Positions 1-12,532 of a stretch of DNA of 64,000 nucleotides are shown here, piece by piece (positions within the stretch are counted from its first letter, which is position 1; every line of letters begins with the position of its first letter). The DNA is from Camelus dromedarius. Taxonomy: Eukaryota. The stretch lies in NCBI RefSeq assembly GCF_036321535.1, contig NC_087447.1:34474001-34538000 (forward strand). Direction: 5' to 3'. The position numbers and the translations under genes were made by a program. The notes below the pieces were generated by a model. It was not told the DNA's origin and searched no databases. It was given only the letters and a program-made list of their open reading frames with translations.

Positions 1-19
1 GACTGCCTTCTCTGAGCTA

Positions 20-1135
20 TTTTTTTTTTAATAGAGATAAAATTCACATAACAGAAAGTTAACCATTTCAATGTGTACAATTCAGTGACACTTAGTACAT
101 TCACCATGTTGTATAACCATCACTTCTATCTAGCTGTAAAATAGTTTAATCACCCCAAAAGGAGATGGACCTTGTTCCCATTAAGGAGTCACTCCCATTC
201 TCCCCTCCCCCACAACCACCAATCTGCTTTCTGTCTCTCATGGATTTGCCCATTCTGGATATTTCATATAAATGGAATTGTACACTATATGATCTCTTGG
301 GTCCAGCTGCTCTCACTTTGCATGTTTTCAATGGTCATCCATGTTGTAGCATTTATCAGTATTCCATTCCTCTTTATGGCCGAATAATATTCCTCTGTAT
401 GGATAGAACACACTTTGTTTATCCATCAGTTGTTGGACATTGGGCTGTTTCCATCTTTAGCTGTTGTGACTATGGACATCCATTCACAAGTCTTTTTTAG
501 GACAGTTATTTTCAGTTCTTTTGGGTATACACCAAATAGTGAAATTGCTGGATCATATGGTAATTCTGTGGCTAACTTTTTGAGGAACTGTCAAAGTATT
601 TTCCAGAGCAGCGCACAATTTTACATTCCTGCCAGCATGGCATGAGGGTTCTCGTTTCTTTATATCCTCACCAACACTTGTCATTTTCCATTTTAAGAAT
701 AGAGCCATCCCTGTGTGTGAATGGTGTCTCACTGTGGTTTTGACTTGCATTTTCCTAATGATTAATGATGCTAATCATCTTTTTATGTGTTTCTCAACTA
801 TGTGTACACCTTCTTTGGAGAAATGTCTATTCAAGTCCTTTGACTACTTTTTAATTGGGTTGTTAATCTTCTTATTGCTGAGCTCTTTATGTATTCTGCT
901 GAATTTCTTTATATATTCTTGTGTATTAGACAATTGTCAGATATAAGATTTGCAAATATTTTCTCCTATTCTGTAGGGTTGTCCTTTGATGTATGGAAGT
1001 TTTCAATTTCGATGAAGTCCAGATTATCTGTTTTTTCTCTTGTTGCTTATGTTTTTGGTCTCATATCTAACAATCCATTGCCAAATTCAAAATCATGAAG
1101 ATTTACCCCTATGTTTTATCCTAAGAGTTTAGTTC
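20..1135 (-). mobile_element. Old L1 (L1MB-like) 3' UTR plus ORF2 C-terminal remnant, 5'-truncated
   Basis: Poly-T at 20-29 followed by the typical antisense L1MB 3' end (aatgtgtacaattcagtg...ggatttgcccattctggatatttcatataaatggaa). Minus-strand ORF 553-750 (MQVKTTVRHH...) is degenerate L1 ORF2. Confidence 0.92.
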
Positions 1136-1149
1136 TAAGTGTTTTAAAC

Positions 1150-1320
1150 TTAAATCTCTCTGGTATCCTGGAAGGTAGATACCATCATTATCAACACCCC
1201 ATCTTAGAAATGAGGACATCTGGGATCAGGACACGTAAGGGACCAACACCCAGGGCAGAGCAGAGACAAGGCTGAGGCTGTATCTTCAACCCTGGAGCCC
1301 AAAGGCTATATTATTCAGCC
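1150..1320 (-). mobile_element. MIR SINE fragment
   Basis: Degenerate MIR core (ccccatcttagaaatgaggacatctgggatcagg). Confidence 0.6.
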
Positions 1321-1939
1321 TCTCCAGATCCTGTCTCTGGCTTCCCATTACGCCCCCATCTTCAACAATACAGACATTTCACAAACAAAGTGCCGAAAGG
1401 GAAGGAGCAAAGGGATGCAGATTTCCACCTGACATCTAAAGGGCTAATTCTGCAGCCTGGGAGGAAGGCCCAGGTGAGAGCAGCCGCCAGATAAGTCAAC
1501 TTGACATCTCTAAGTTTAGCTTCAAGCAGACTTTCTGTTGTGCTTTTGAATTTTCCTTCCCTACAAAGCAGCAAATCTGGGATCGTGGGACACCCTCTCT
1601 GAGCCATGGCACCTCATACCCCCCGTCCCAGGGTGGTTAGGGGCAGTTCTCCCTCCCCAGGAAGCTAGCGTTGTCATCTGCTCCTGAAAACCCAGCTTAT
1701 TCTCCAGAAAAGCAGGGAGAGGTAGCCCTGTGTGTCCTGGGGTAAAATAAGCCCAGCTCCTCACCTGCAAGTTCACAACAAGCACTCGTTTACTAAGGCC
1801 AAGCCCTGTGCTGTGGGGGCCACAAAAATAAGTGTTTCACTGGCTCCCAGGCCAGTGGAGGAGGGAGAAAGAGCTGCGTCAGCATGACACAGAAGGGACC
1901 ACAGGTTAGATGGAGATGGATATTCAGAATCAGTTATGA

Positions 1940-2170
1940 GAATATCCATTCATTCACCAAAAAAATTCTTGCGGGCTTTTCCTATGTGCCCAACATTCCT
2001 TTAGATCCTGAGGATAAAGCAGTGAACAGACAAGGTCCTTGCCTCACGGAGCGTCTATTCTAGTGGGCAAGAGAGACAAGAGACAAGAGTTATTTTCGGC
2101 TTGGGAAAGGATCAGATGAAGCAGCCTTTGAGCTGGGCCCTGCAACATGGGTGAGATGTTAATGCATGAA
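1940..2170 (-). mobile_element. L2 3' end
   Basis: cattcattca tail, cctatgtgcc, gtgaacagacaaggtccttgcctcacggagcgtctattctagtggg. Confidence 0.75.
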
Positions 2171-2179
2171 GAGGGAGGG

Positions 2180-2946
2180 TCCAAAGTGTTTTTCCCAGCA
2201 CCACCAAGCAATTCTCCATTTCTCAGCGAACACTGCCTGTCCTACAAATTTAACTCAATTCTGACACGATCTACCTGGAGACAGCATCTGATCCCACAGG
2301 TTAAGGGCTCAGTCCGACAAGACTGCCCCTACCTCAGATGTCCATCACAAGTCCAGGTTGTCACCTGTGCTTCTGACCAACTGGCTATAAATCAGAGGCT
2401 CCTGCAACTCCCTTCCCAGGTTCGATTAATTTACTAGAGCGGCTCACAGAATTCAGAGAGACATTTACTCACATTTGCTGGTTTCTCATCAAGGCTGTTA
2501 TAAAGGATGCAAATGAACAGCCAGACAAAGAGGTATTTAGGACGAGGTCCAGGAGGGTCCTAAGCATCGGAACTTCTGTCTCCATGGAATTGGGGTGCAC
2601 CCATACCTCGCATGTGGATTCATTCACCAACTTAGAAGCTCATCAAATCTTGTTGTTCAAGAGTTTTTTTTTTAATAGAGCTTGATCTGCAGCCCCCCAC
2701 TTCCCCTCCTCAGAGGTTGGTGGGGGCTGAAAGGTCCAACCTTCTAGGTCTCTCTGATGACCAACCCCATCCTTAAGCTGTCTCAGTTCCCCACTATACG
2801 CCACCTCTTTAGCTTAAACTCAAGTGTGGTCGAAAGGGTCTCCTTATGAATAATAAAAGATACTTCAATCACTCAAGAAATCCCAAGGGTTCTAGGAGCC
2901 AACGCCAGGAACTAGGGATCCAGACCCAATCTATTTCCTATACCAC
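2180..2946 (-). mobile_element. MER21-family solo LTR
   Basis: The reverse complement starts TGTGGTATAGGAAATAG...GCTCCTAGAACCCTTGGGATTTCTTGAGT. It contains the MER21 motifs aattctgacacgatctacctggag and ggttaagggctcagtcc. Confidence 0.85.
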
Positions 2947-3479
2947 AGAAGGGAGTGCATCCCAGGCTAAGAGAAATGCTCGAGCAAGGGCAGGCAGCTC
3001 TGACAACTCCTTGGCATCTTGCAAGTATATTTGCTTGCTTGCTTGCTTGTTTGTGTGTTTATTATTAAAATGTTTTTCTTTGGTTATGGATATTTTCCTC
3101 TTGTAAATTTTAAAAATACAAAAAAAAGGAAGAAAAATCACCCAGAATTCCATCACCCAGGGATAAGCGTTTATTTCCTGACCACAGAGAAGTTGAAGCC
3201 ATTTGACTTCTCTGAATGGCAGAGCCTAAGGATGCTTTGTTCAGCATCCAAAAAGTGTGTGTTCTGTGGACCAGAGCCTTGCTTTCCCCAGTGCTGCCTG
3301 TCAAGTGGAAGCACACGGGGACCCAAGGCAGTGCATCCGAAATGAAAGTTAATGACTTTGGCTTAACTCCATTCTGCGAATCAGATCCACTTAGGTTGGA
3401 ATTAAAGAAGGAGCTCCCCTTTGTATTCCCAGGGTGTGTGTGGTTGGGGGTGGGGAGGCCTCTTTCTGGAAAAGGCCAC

Positions 3480-3680
3480 AGGTCACAGCACAGACTTGGG
3501 TCCTGAGACCTGGCTCTGCCCATTATATCCCTGACCTGGGGCAAGTGCTCACCCTCTCGGTTCCTCTGGGTCCCCATCGGGTGATGCAGGAACAGGAACC
3601 AGGCCTACCTGGGAGGTGTTTTCGTAAGAAGTAAACAAGATCAAGTATGTGAAGAGCTTAGGAGCATTTAACCTATGGTT
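3480..3680 (+). mobile_element. MIR SINE
   Basis: tgacctggggcaagtgctcaccctctcggttcctc core and MIR tail (gtatgtgaagagcttagg). Confidence 0.7.
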
Positions 3681-5044
3681 GGGGTTCAAGGAAAGATCTT
3701 ACTAGGCTCTGGAATTCTGGGTCACTTTAAAGACCCATCCCTGCAACTCAGGCACCCAGGACTCACAGATGCCATCAGAATGGGACCGGGACACACCCAC
3801 ACACTATCCAACTCAGCCTGCCCCAATTTCTCCTGAGTCCCCTCCCTGCCCTCCCATCCCCTCCATGGCCCCATCTCGGCCATGGGGAGAAAGAGACCCA
3901 GGCAGCAGGAACAGCTATGCAAAGCTCTAAAGACAAGGAAGAATGTGTACATTGGAGGGAGTGGCCTAAATGGCATGAGACGTGGACCTGGGACACAGGC
4001 AGGCCCGGCTCGTGAAGGGACTTCCAATTCCAGAGCAGTGGGTGAGCCCAGGACTGGGGAGGCAGAAAGACAGAACTTACTAGTGCATGACCTTGGACAG
4101 GTTATTCAGCCTCTCTGAGAGGTGCTGTTGGGAAAAGAGAGAGGGGAGGGGAGTGTGAGGACATGAGAGAAATAACACACATGATGACTTCAGAGAACCA
4201 TACACCTCTGTCTACAACCATACAGAGAGCCCCAGTTTTGCTCTCTGCTGGGTGAGTCTTCCCCGAGGATGACTGCTGGGGACCTAGCCTGCCTTCTCCC
4301 TCCAGAGCCCCAGCTCCAGTCCTCTCCGGGGTGGAGTGGGTCACTGGCCTGTCTTTCTTCCTTTGGCTGCGAGAAGTCCACAGTCAAAAGTGAAAAGAAC
4401 CAGTTGTGCCTGGCTGTCCTGTCCCCAGCAACGGCCGAATGTTCAAGAGGGGAGAAAAAGACGTATCTATGAAGCTGTCAATGGGGAAATTCTGGACTAT
4501 GATGGAGACAGAAATATTTACTTTGCAGGGATAAATATTACAGAAACAATCTTCCGTTGTCCTGGCTCTGGGCTGATGTAGACTTCCCTCGCCAGGACAG
4601 TGTTCTCGCTGCCTGCAAGGATGACAGCAGCAGAAGGCAAGGACCCCACATAAAACAAAATAAAGGTACCTCTGTGATCCTCGGGAAATTTGCTCTCACA
4701 GGTGAGAGTGAAAATGCATGGATTTGAGTTAGCCCTACCTGGATTTGCTCCCAGAATCTTTCCATGGTATTTGGGTGACTGTGGACCAGTTACCATGCCT
4801 CTCTGGGCCTCAGTTTCCTTGAATCCTAGACCTAGACGGAGCTGCTACAAATATCTTCACGATGTGACTGTACGGATGGATGGAGCGAACCCAGGGTAAT
4901 GTCTGGGTTCTCAGTCAGTGTAGATTCTCTTTCTTCTGTTCTTCTTCCTGTCTGCACACAAACTTCCTACAAAACCAGCCGATCTGTATTACTGGGGTCC
5001 CCGGGCAGTACCAAGACTAGCCATTTGCCCCCAGCCGCTGGGCT

Positions 5045-5076
5045 CCCTGTCTCTTGGGCCCCCTGTCTCTTGGGCC
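5045..5076. repeat. Perfect 16-bp tandem duplication (CCCTGTCTCTTGGGCC)x2
   Basis: Read directly at 5045-5060 and 5061-5076. Confidence 0.95.
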
Positions 5077-6974
5077 CAGGGGTAGCTGCCACAATGCCAG
5101 GAAGAATCTCACAGTTGAACCAAATAGTGTTCACAGAACTCAAGTTGACAGGTAAACTCAAGGCTTATGGTAGAATTCAGCCATGGTCCCCTTTTGGTTC
5201 AGACAGATCTTTACAGGACTAGAGTCCCTTTACCTGCCTGGAACAACTGAAAATTAAACTGACCACCTTGGTGAGCCCTTAGATGAGGATGCAGCTTGGT
5301 GTCCTGCCGTATATCTGGAAGGAGCATCCATGGACCACCTACATCAGAATCCAACAGTCTGAGCTGGAGTGAGCCCAGCACTCCAGGAGAAGAAACATGA
5401 AGACACAAGTTCTTTTCCTCCAGCTGCCATTAGACATCCAGCTACAGCTGGCGTTTCGTCGGTGGCTGGAGAGACAGCCGAGAGGGAAACTGGAACGTCC
5501 TCACCGTGCGGTGTGTGTACTGCACTGCAGCACCACTGAGGAGCACTTCTTATCCGGTCCACACAAAGGCACAAGGGTTTGCACACAGACACGGTTTATT
5601 TTAATGGGGTTTCAAAGCTGCGAGAGGACTGAGGCTGTCATTGTACTGGCATTACCTTCTGTGATAAAAAGGAGAGCTGTCAATTTATCACTGTAGTTAA
5701 AATAAATCCATGTGAGCCCTTGCCGGAAAGCTGCGAGAGGGGTGTGTCAGGGAGCAGGCTTCTCCGGGGAAGAGATGTTCTGATTCAAGTGCTTCTAGGA
5801 GCAGAGCTTAGCAGGGAATCGGTGCTTTCAAGACTAGGAATTTTACACAGATCTAGAACTGGGAATATGATTAAGCCACTATTGTAATTCTCACTAAAGT
5901 CCTCTCTGATTAAGATCAAAGAGGGGCCTTTTAATTTGAAAGACTGGGGAAAGAGGAGTGCAGGGCACTGAAGAGCTCTGAGGCAGTTGGCGTGGAGGGA
6001 ACAGTGTGGGCTTTAGGCTCAGACACCAGGGTTTACAGATGTGGCGGGTGTCAGATTGAGCATCCGTGATGTGACAGCCATCAAGCCCGGCAACGTTCTA
6101 GGCTCTTGGTTGGTGGCCCATGGCATTGTTATCTGTGCTCACTAGCTGTGTGGCTCTGGGAAAGTCACCTGACCTCTCTGAGCCTCAGGTGCCACCTCTG
6201 CAGAATGCTCATAGGTACAGAATAGCACATAGCAGTGGCGGTCAGCTTCCTCATCCCTTGATTCACAGGGACGAAAGCAAGGGAGCCGACTCTTGGCTCA
6301 GGATTAGAGGGCAGGTATGCACTCCTCACACCCCCACCCCACCCCTCGGCCCCACTCCCAGGAGAAGAAAGCCGGCTGAGTGTGGTAAGCCTCCTCTCTC
6401 AGTTCTGCTCCTTCAGATGGAGAAAGCACACGAGGCCCAGACTCCAGCTGTGCCAAGAGTCTCCTCAGAAAGGCGCAGCAGCCGGCACTCTGCCGAGGGC
6501 CCACCAGGGCCAGGCTGGGTGGCGAAAATAAAATCAACAGCTAACGCAGCACATTCTGAGGCCTCAGGGGACAGACCTAGCATCAAGCCAGCTTGAGCTC
6601 TGACTGAGCAAGAAGAGGAAAAGCAGTATCCTCTCTCGTGAACATCCCCAGACATTCCTTTCCACAGTGGGAGGAAGATTCGAGAACAGATGCGGATCCC
6701 AGCCTCAACCCATTCCTGGCAGAGACAGCCCCCGCCCTCAGGGATCCCAGCAGGCCATGCTCAGAAATGTGTGTGTATGTCTCCCCCTGCAGGCGGCCAC
6801 TGTCCCTGCACCCACCAAGATCCCAGCCATCGTGGGTGGGCCAGACTTACCTACACCCCAGGGGCAGGTAAGGGCAGAGTCAGGGACTGGCTCTCCTGAG
6901 ACCCCCAAGGCCCCCACGTGGCCTCCATGTGGATAGCTGAAAATAGGGACTGTCTCTAAAAGAATGATATCATA

Positions 6975-7188
6975 GAAGCTGCTAATATTTACTAAGCACT
7001 TGCCAGGCGCCAAGCATTCTGCCTGCTTCACCTCCCTAAACTCTTTCCATAACCTTGGGACGTAGTCATCACTATAATCCTCCCCAGGCTGCAGATGAGG
7101 AGCCCAAAGCTCAGGTGTGCTGAAGTCACATATTTGGTAACTGGCAGATCTGGGAAGTCTGAATCCAGGGCCTGTGTTCCATTGTAAT
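6975..7188 (-). mobile_element. MIR SINE
   Basis: atttactaagcacttgccaggcgc...cagatgaggagcccaaagctcag...gtcaca. Confidence 0.8.
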
Positions 7189-7375
7189 GATGACTTTCCA
7201 ATATCAGAGTGCATGCAAATCACCTAGTATGAACGTCAGAATGCAGGTTCTAGGGCCTTGCTACCATAGATCTAGATTCAGTGGGCCTTGGGTAAAGCCC
7301 AGGAATCTGCATTCTAACAAGCACATCCGTGAATTCTGAGTAGCTGCTCCATGGATCAACTTCAAGATATACTGC
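7189..7375. mobile_element. MER5-family hAT-Charlie MITE
   Basis: aatcacctag...aatgcaggttctagggcc...gattcagtgggccttggg...gcccaggaatctgcattctaacaagc. Confidence 0.85.
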
Positions 7376-8639
7376 AGGACACCAGGGTGCATCACCATCT
7401 AAGGGCTCAAATACCAATCAAGGTGGTCATTTTAATTTACTGTTACAGGCAGGAAAATGGTCTGTAAAGATCCGTCTGTGTCAAAATAGGGCAATGACAA
7501 AATCACACCTTCGGCCTCTGAGTTATCTGTAAAATCTACTCAGACTGTGATGGCCCCAGAGTGCTGACCCCCAGGTCAGCGCTCCACCAGGAGAGCAGTC
7601 CCTGATGGGAGAGCCTGGGGAAGTGACAGAGAGCTGGGTGGGCCCCACCTTGGCAAGGGGGAGTTCTTGGAAAAGTCACTTCTCCTAGTCTTGGTTTATC
7701 CATCTAAGCAATAAGATTTGAGACCTCAAAGTTTTGAAAATTCTCTGTGCCCATACACAAAACTTTGTATTTCTTTTGGCTTTCTGCCAGCTCTCCAAGC
7801 AATCAAACTTAGCTGTTCAATGTCTCTGGTGGGTCCAGATGTTAAGTTAATTAGTGCTTTGCTATTAGTGCCATTAATACCTTCCCCAGGTAGCTAAGAC
7901 ATTTTAGCAGGGCCAAGTTTTAAGGGTGAAGTTATTTCAGGATCCAGGGCAAACTCATAGGACTAGATAGATAGATGGCCAGAGAATAGTTGAAAGGTCA
8001 GCGATTCCTTGACATCCCACCATCCCACCACCAATACGTATGGTTGGCTCTGAGTGGCAAATTGATTGTGAAACAGCCCTGTCTTGCTAGCTCTGAGTGA
8101 TGCAGATCAATAGACCAAGAGACAAACAGCCAGGGCTCCAACTCCAAAACCATTGCTATGGTGCCGGGTAAACTCCTACCAGCTCTGGGCCTCCTTCCCC
8201 TTTTTGTAAATAAGGCACTGACTGTGTTTCACACAGGCCTCTCCTTCCTGGATTCTGAGATTTATTAGATCAGCCAGCTCTGAACAGATCTAATCCTTAG
8301 CCAAACATCTTAGAATTCTATCCAGTTGCCAATTTAGCGCCAAAACCCCAATCAAGCTCCAGGGCCAGCAAAATTTGAAACTGAAAAAGAAAAGAAATAA
8401 CTCAGTAAGGGTCAAAGAGGTTAACTGGAGACTCAGTCCATGTCTCAAAGAGGATGGTTATTGTAAAGGTTTTGTCTTACCCTAGAGGTTACTTTGGCCC
8501 CAGAGATGTTCTGAAAGTTTGTGGGGTGGTCCCAGGGACCACTCTGATTGTCAGCAGGGCTCACCACCTTCCAAGAGGGGCTTTGACCCCAAAGGGTTGG
8601 AGGTTGGGCATAACTTGGCCCCTGTCATGATAAATCTCC

Positions 8640-8655
8640 CCACCAGGAGGTGCTA
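8640..8655 (+). promoter_or_regulatory. Candidate CTCF motif (moderate)
   Basis: CCACCAGGAGGTGCTA, two mismatches to CCASYAGRKGGCRS. Confidence 0.35.
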
Positions 8656-9859
8656 TATTTCCTATAAAGGCATGTGAAAATAAAAAAGACAATATAGATC
8701 ATGCTTGGAATACAGTGTGAGCTCCATAAATGTCAGTTGTTGCGGTGGTTTTTGTTATTTTTACTAGTTAACCTCTACAAGGATATCTGTAAAATGAATA
8801 GATTCCATTGTCAAAGAAATGGATGGAAGATTATAGGAAATAAAGTATGAAGGCACGAGGCTATCTCCTTTGAGGCTTCATGCCTGCGTCTCTGGATGGG
8901 GTGGCCGCCAGACCCAGGGTGAGGGCAAGAGGGAAGGGAAGACAGAGTGGAGACACGCCTGAAGTCCCAGCTCACATCACCAGGATCTTCACCCTCCCCC
9001 AGGGAAGGCAGCCTGGGACAGTGGGTCAGGCAGGGCTCAGTGCCAACCCTGACTGCACCAGACTTACAGGTTGTGGGATCTGGCCAAATCACTCACCCTC
9101 TCTGAGACCGGTGGGGGCTCAAAGAAGGTGCAGGGCAAAGGTCCCACTCAAGGATTTCGGTGGCCAAGAGGGACAAGAATCAGAAACCTTAGTAAGAGTT
9201 TTAGCTAGTCACAGCCTATGGAATTTGGAGTTCACACAATTTAACTGAGATCTCAGAGACTCCCCCAACATATACGTAAACTAAACAGATTGATGAAGAT
9301 GATTAAGTAACTTACAGATGCCCCCGGTAATAGTAGATGCTCATAAAATGTTCCTGATTTTACTCCTCCCCCCTCCCCGAAGAGGCGAAATTCATTCAAA
9401 GTATTAGAGCTCGTGAAAGCAAAGGCCAGCCTCAAATGCCCTCTGCTGCTGGCCTTGGATTTCGGAACCTCACACATATTATGCCGAATTCTAGGTCCAG
9501 ACAATTTTCCCTAAATAACAGATGGGCCCCAGCACAGTCCTCCTACCCTGGCCTCCCCCCAGACTTCCCAACCACTGATGGCCTCTAATCAAAGTTCACC
9601 TTGGGTAGGATCATCTACACTCAGACATGTGTCTCACTAAGAGCTGACCCCACCGAGCTGTGGGGTCATATGAACAGAATTAGCTGTAATTCTTGGTGAA
9701 AATCAACACTTAAAGGGAAAAAAGACACTTTCTGGCTTTGATCATCTATCAGAAATTCCTTTTTCTAACTGTGGAGACCCAAGCAGACTTGAAGGCTAAA
9801 TTGCAGGATGGGAAGGGATGTTGAGATCATTAACCCGAGAATTTGCCAGGTACATTCAG

Positions 9860-10060
9860 TAGAACCACATTCTGTGGAAAACAGGGATCTGAGGTCAGAG
9901 AAGTTCGGAAACACTACTCACATATGCTCTCCTTCCCTTAGAAATTCACTGTGCTGGTGGCATTTTAAAGGCTCTGAGGAGTCCTGCATAAAGAGACCTA
10001 CTTGATTTTGTTGCCAGTTTCCCAAACTTATTTAAATTTGGGCCCTTCCTCCTATTATAC
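9860..10060. mobile_element. MER103-like hAT-Charlie fragment
   Basis: aagttcggaaacact...cattttaaaggctctgaggagtcctgcataaagagacc...gtttcccaaacttattt. Confidence 0.7.
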
Positions 10061-10179
10061 TTTTTTTAAGCCGCAATATCGAGTAATATAACATTCCCTC
10101 TATCAAGTTGACTTTACTCTTTCCCGATACTCTTTTCTGCCTTCTGAAAGCATCTGAGTTTGCAACCCATTATTTAGTC

Positions 10180-10530
10180 CAGATAGCCAGGAAAATAAAG
10201 TGACTTACCCAAGGCCACACAGCTAATTATTCTTAATAATAACAAAAATTAGTGTTTGTAGAGCACTTTAGAGATTTCTATACACTTACAATCTTTCATA
10301 GTATCTCTTTTTTATCCTCAGAACATAATAAGAGCTGTTGATGTGGCTGAGGGCAGATGTGTGACCTTAGCGGAGATGCACAGCAAGACTTCTGTAGTAT
10401 GGACTTAGCTTTCTCATTGTGAAGATAATGATGCTGCAGCTCAGAGAACCCGATTAACGTGCCTGAGGTCACACAGCTGGCAAATAGCAGGGCCAAGGTT
10501 TGAATCCAGAAAGTTTGACTCCAAAGCCCA
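10180..10530 (-). mobile_element. MIR fragments
   Basis: aagtgacttacccaaggccacacagcta and gcctgaggtcacacagctggcaaatagcagggccaaggtttgaatccag. Confidence 0.8.
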
Positions 10531-10945
10531 CACTCAGTCTCCCTCAGCCCAAGGAGAGGTTGTTCTCCTGCAGCAAGAAGCAGACGTCTGCATAGCTGAT
10601 AATCTGGGAATCTCAGGGTTTTCTAAAGCTTGTGATTAGGTATCACATGTCTCAGGAAGCACATCCTTCTTTTTGAGGGAGGGGGCAAACTATCCAAAAA
10701 GTGGGGGCTATTTTACCACTGATTCTGAGCAAAGCAATTAAAACAGCTTCAACAAAAAAAGCTAATTAGGAAGTCATAACTTGGAAAACCACCAAATGCA
10801 ATTTTGATGAGAATCAAATTTAATAAAAGCACAGCTTCTGGTCCCTGCAGCTAGAGCTGATGATCAGGCACGTGAGGGGAATGGCTAACGGAGAGGTCAA
10901 TGAAGACATGGAGACTCCAGGTAGAACAGGCAGGGCTGCAGGGCT

Positions 10946-10964
10946 GTCCGTCCGTCCGTCCGTC
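10946..10964. repeat. (GTCC)n microsatellite
   Basis: gtccgtccgtccgtccgtc. Confidence 0.9.
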
Positions 10965-11374
10965 TGCCCTCCATAAGGCACAGAGTGGTCTACCGAGACA
11001 GACCTCTGGAGACTCACCAGAGGAGACAGCACTGGCCCTGGGAAAGGGAGAGGGCCAGAGGCTTCAAAAGAAAGCAGCTTCCTTCCTGCCTCCAGATTCT
11101 TATTCATGTAAAGAAGTTCTTGGGAGTTTCCTTAGCGAACAGACAAGAGTGGCTTGTAATTAACATTCATGCCAAGGGCTGCTTCCCAGAGACTCGTAAA
11201 TCACTCCTGCTTGTAGGTTACACCCTATCCGCCCCCTCCTGTCAGACACCCTTGGCCACCCTAGTTAACCGTGAGTGTCAAAGGGAGAAAACGCGAATCC
11301 AGATTCTAATAGCAGGAGACAAATTCTGAAAGAATGATGTTCAATTAATACCTCAAAATAATTTGTGCCCTTAA

Positions 11375-11660
11375 AATGCTTCACAGGTTATAAGATGCTT
11401 TTTTGAGCATTTCCTTATTTAGTCTGCAGAGTAATTCTATGCGATAGTTGTCTTTATTGTATCCATCTGACAACGCATGAAGAAAGGCTCAGAGAGGTTA
11501 AGTGACTTGGCCAAAGAGACATAGCTTATAACAATGATGTGAGAAGTTAATGCACTTTGGATTTGGAAAGACTTGGGCTTAAATTCCAACTCTGCCCTTA
11601 CCAGCTGTGTGATCTTGGGAAAATCTCTCCAGTACATCTCAGCCTGGGTCTGCTCAGCTG
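11375..11660. mobile_element. Two head-to-head MIRs (minus then plus)
   Basis: aggctcagagaggttaagtgacttggccaaagagacatagct followed by agctgtgtgatcttgggaaaatc. Confidence 0.75.
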
Positions 11661-11719
11661 CGATAGCAGCTACCGTTTAAGAGGGTTTCCTCAGTGCCAG
11701 GCACCATTCTAAGTACCCC

Positions 11720-12185
11720 TGGTGGATTGTTTGCAATGATGGCCACCAATAACTCCTCCCATTACTAGAGTGCAAGTCACGTTCCCCTCAGGAAGTAGAG
11801 TTGATTTCTCTCCTCCTTGAAGCTGGGCTGGCCTTGTAACTTGCTTTGACTCCTAGAATGTGGTGGAAGCAGCACTGAGCTAGGTCCCGGACTAGACATG
11901 AAGAGGCTGGTAGCTTGTACACTCCATCTCTGGGAGTCCTGAGTCACCACATAAAAAAAATTCTGAACACTTGCCGGAGAGAGGGGCCCAGCCAGCCCCC
12001 AGCCGAGCTGCCATAGCTTTGAGGAAGACCTCTTGGTCTCAGCCTCATCTGAACTGCACCAGCCAACATCCCGCAGAGAAGAGTGGTGTTCCCCATGGAA
12101 CAGTTGTTTCCTAATTGTGAAAACGTGAGCAAACAAATAGTTGTTGTACTGGGGTGATTCTTTTTGCAGCAACAGATAACTAAAA
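11720..12185 (+). mobile_element. MLT1-family (MaLR) solo LTR interrupting a MIR
   Basis: gatggccaccaataactcctccc...gggctggccttgtaacttgctttgac...gcagcaacagataact. MIR sequence lies on both sides (11665-11719 and 12190-12360). Confidence 0.85.
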
Positions 12186-12513
12186 TGGTGCCTAATTTCT
12201 AATAATTTATTCAGTCTTTATATCAACCCCATGGAGAAACTGAGGCACAGAAAGCTGAAATAACTCACCCAAAGTTACCCACCCAATAAATGGCTGAGCA
12301 GGATTTAAACATAGGCATGCTGGCTCCAGAGTCCACATTTGTAAGCACCATATTATGCCCCTCTTTGTAAAAGGACAGACCTCTCAGAGTTATTAAAAGG
12401 ACTGTCCCTCCCCAGTGTGGTCCCACAGGGACATCCACGCCTCCAAGAGGAAACTCCACCTGGGCTCACCTGACATTGACCAGACCCAGAGCCCATCCGT
12501 AATCCCGACTCGA

Positions 12514-12532
12514 TGCTGCCCTCCAGTGGCCA
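12514..12532 (-). promoter_or_regulatory. Candidate CTCF motif
   Basis: Reverse complement TGGCCACTGGAGGGCAGCA, one mismatch to the core consensus. Confidence 0.5.

Noticed and set aside
4429..4581. Protein-looking peptide RRIYEAVNGEILDYDGDRNIYFAGINITETIFRC after a weak acceptor
   Set aside because: No family recognised and no donor before the stop; the sequence is equally explained by FOX/GATA-like motifs.
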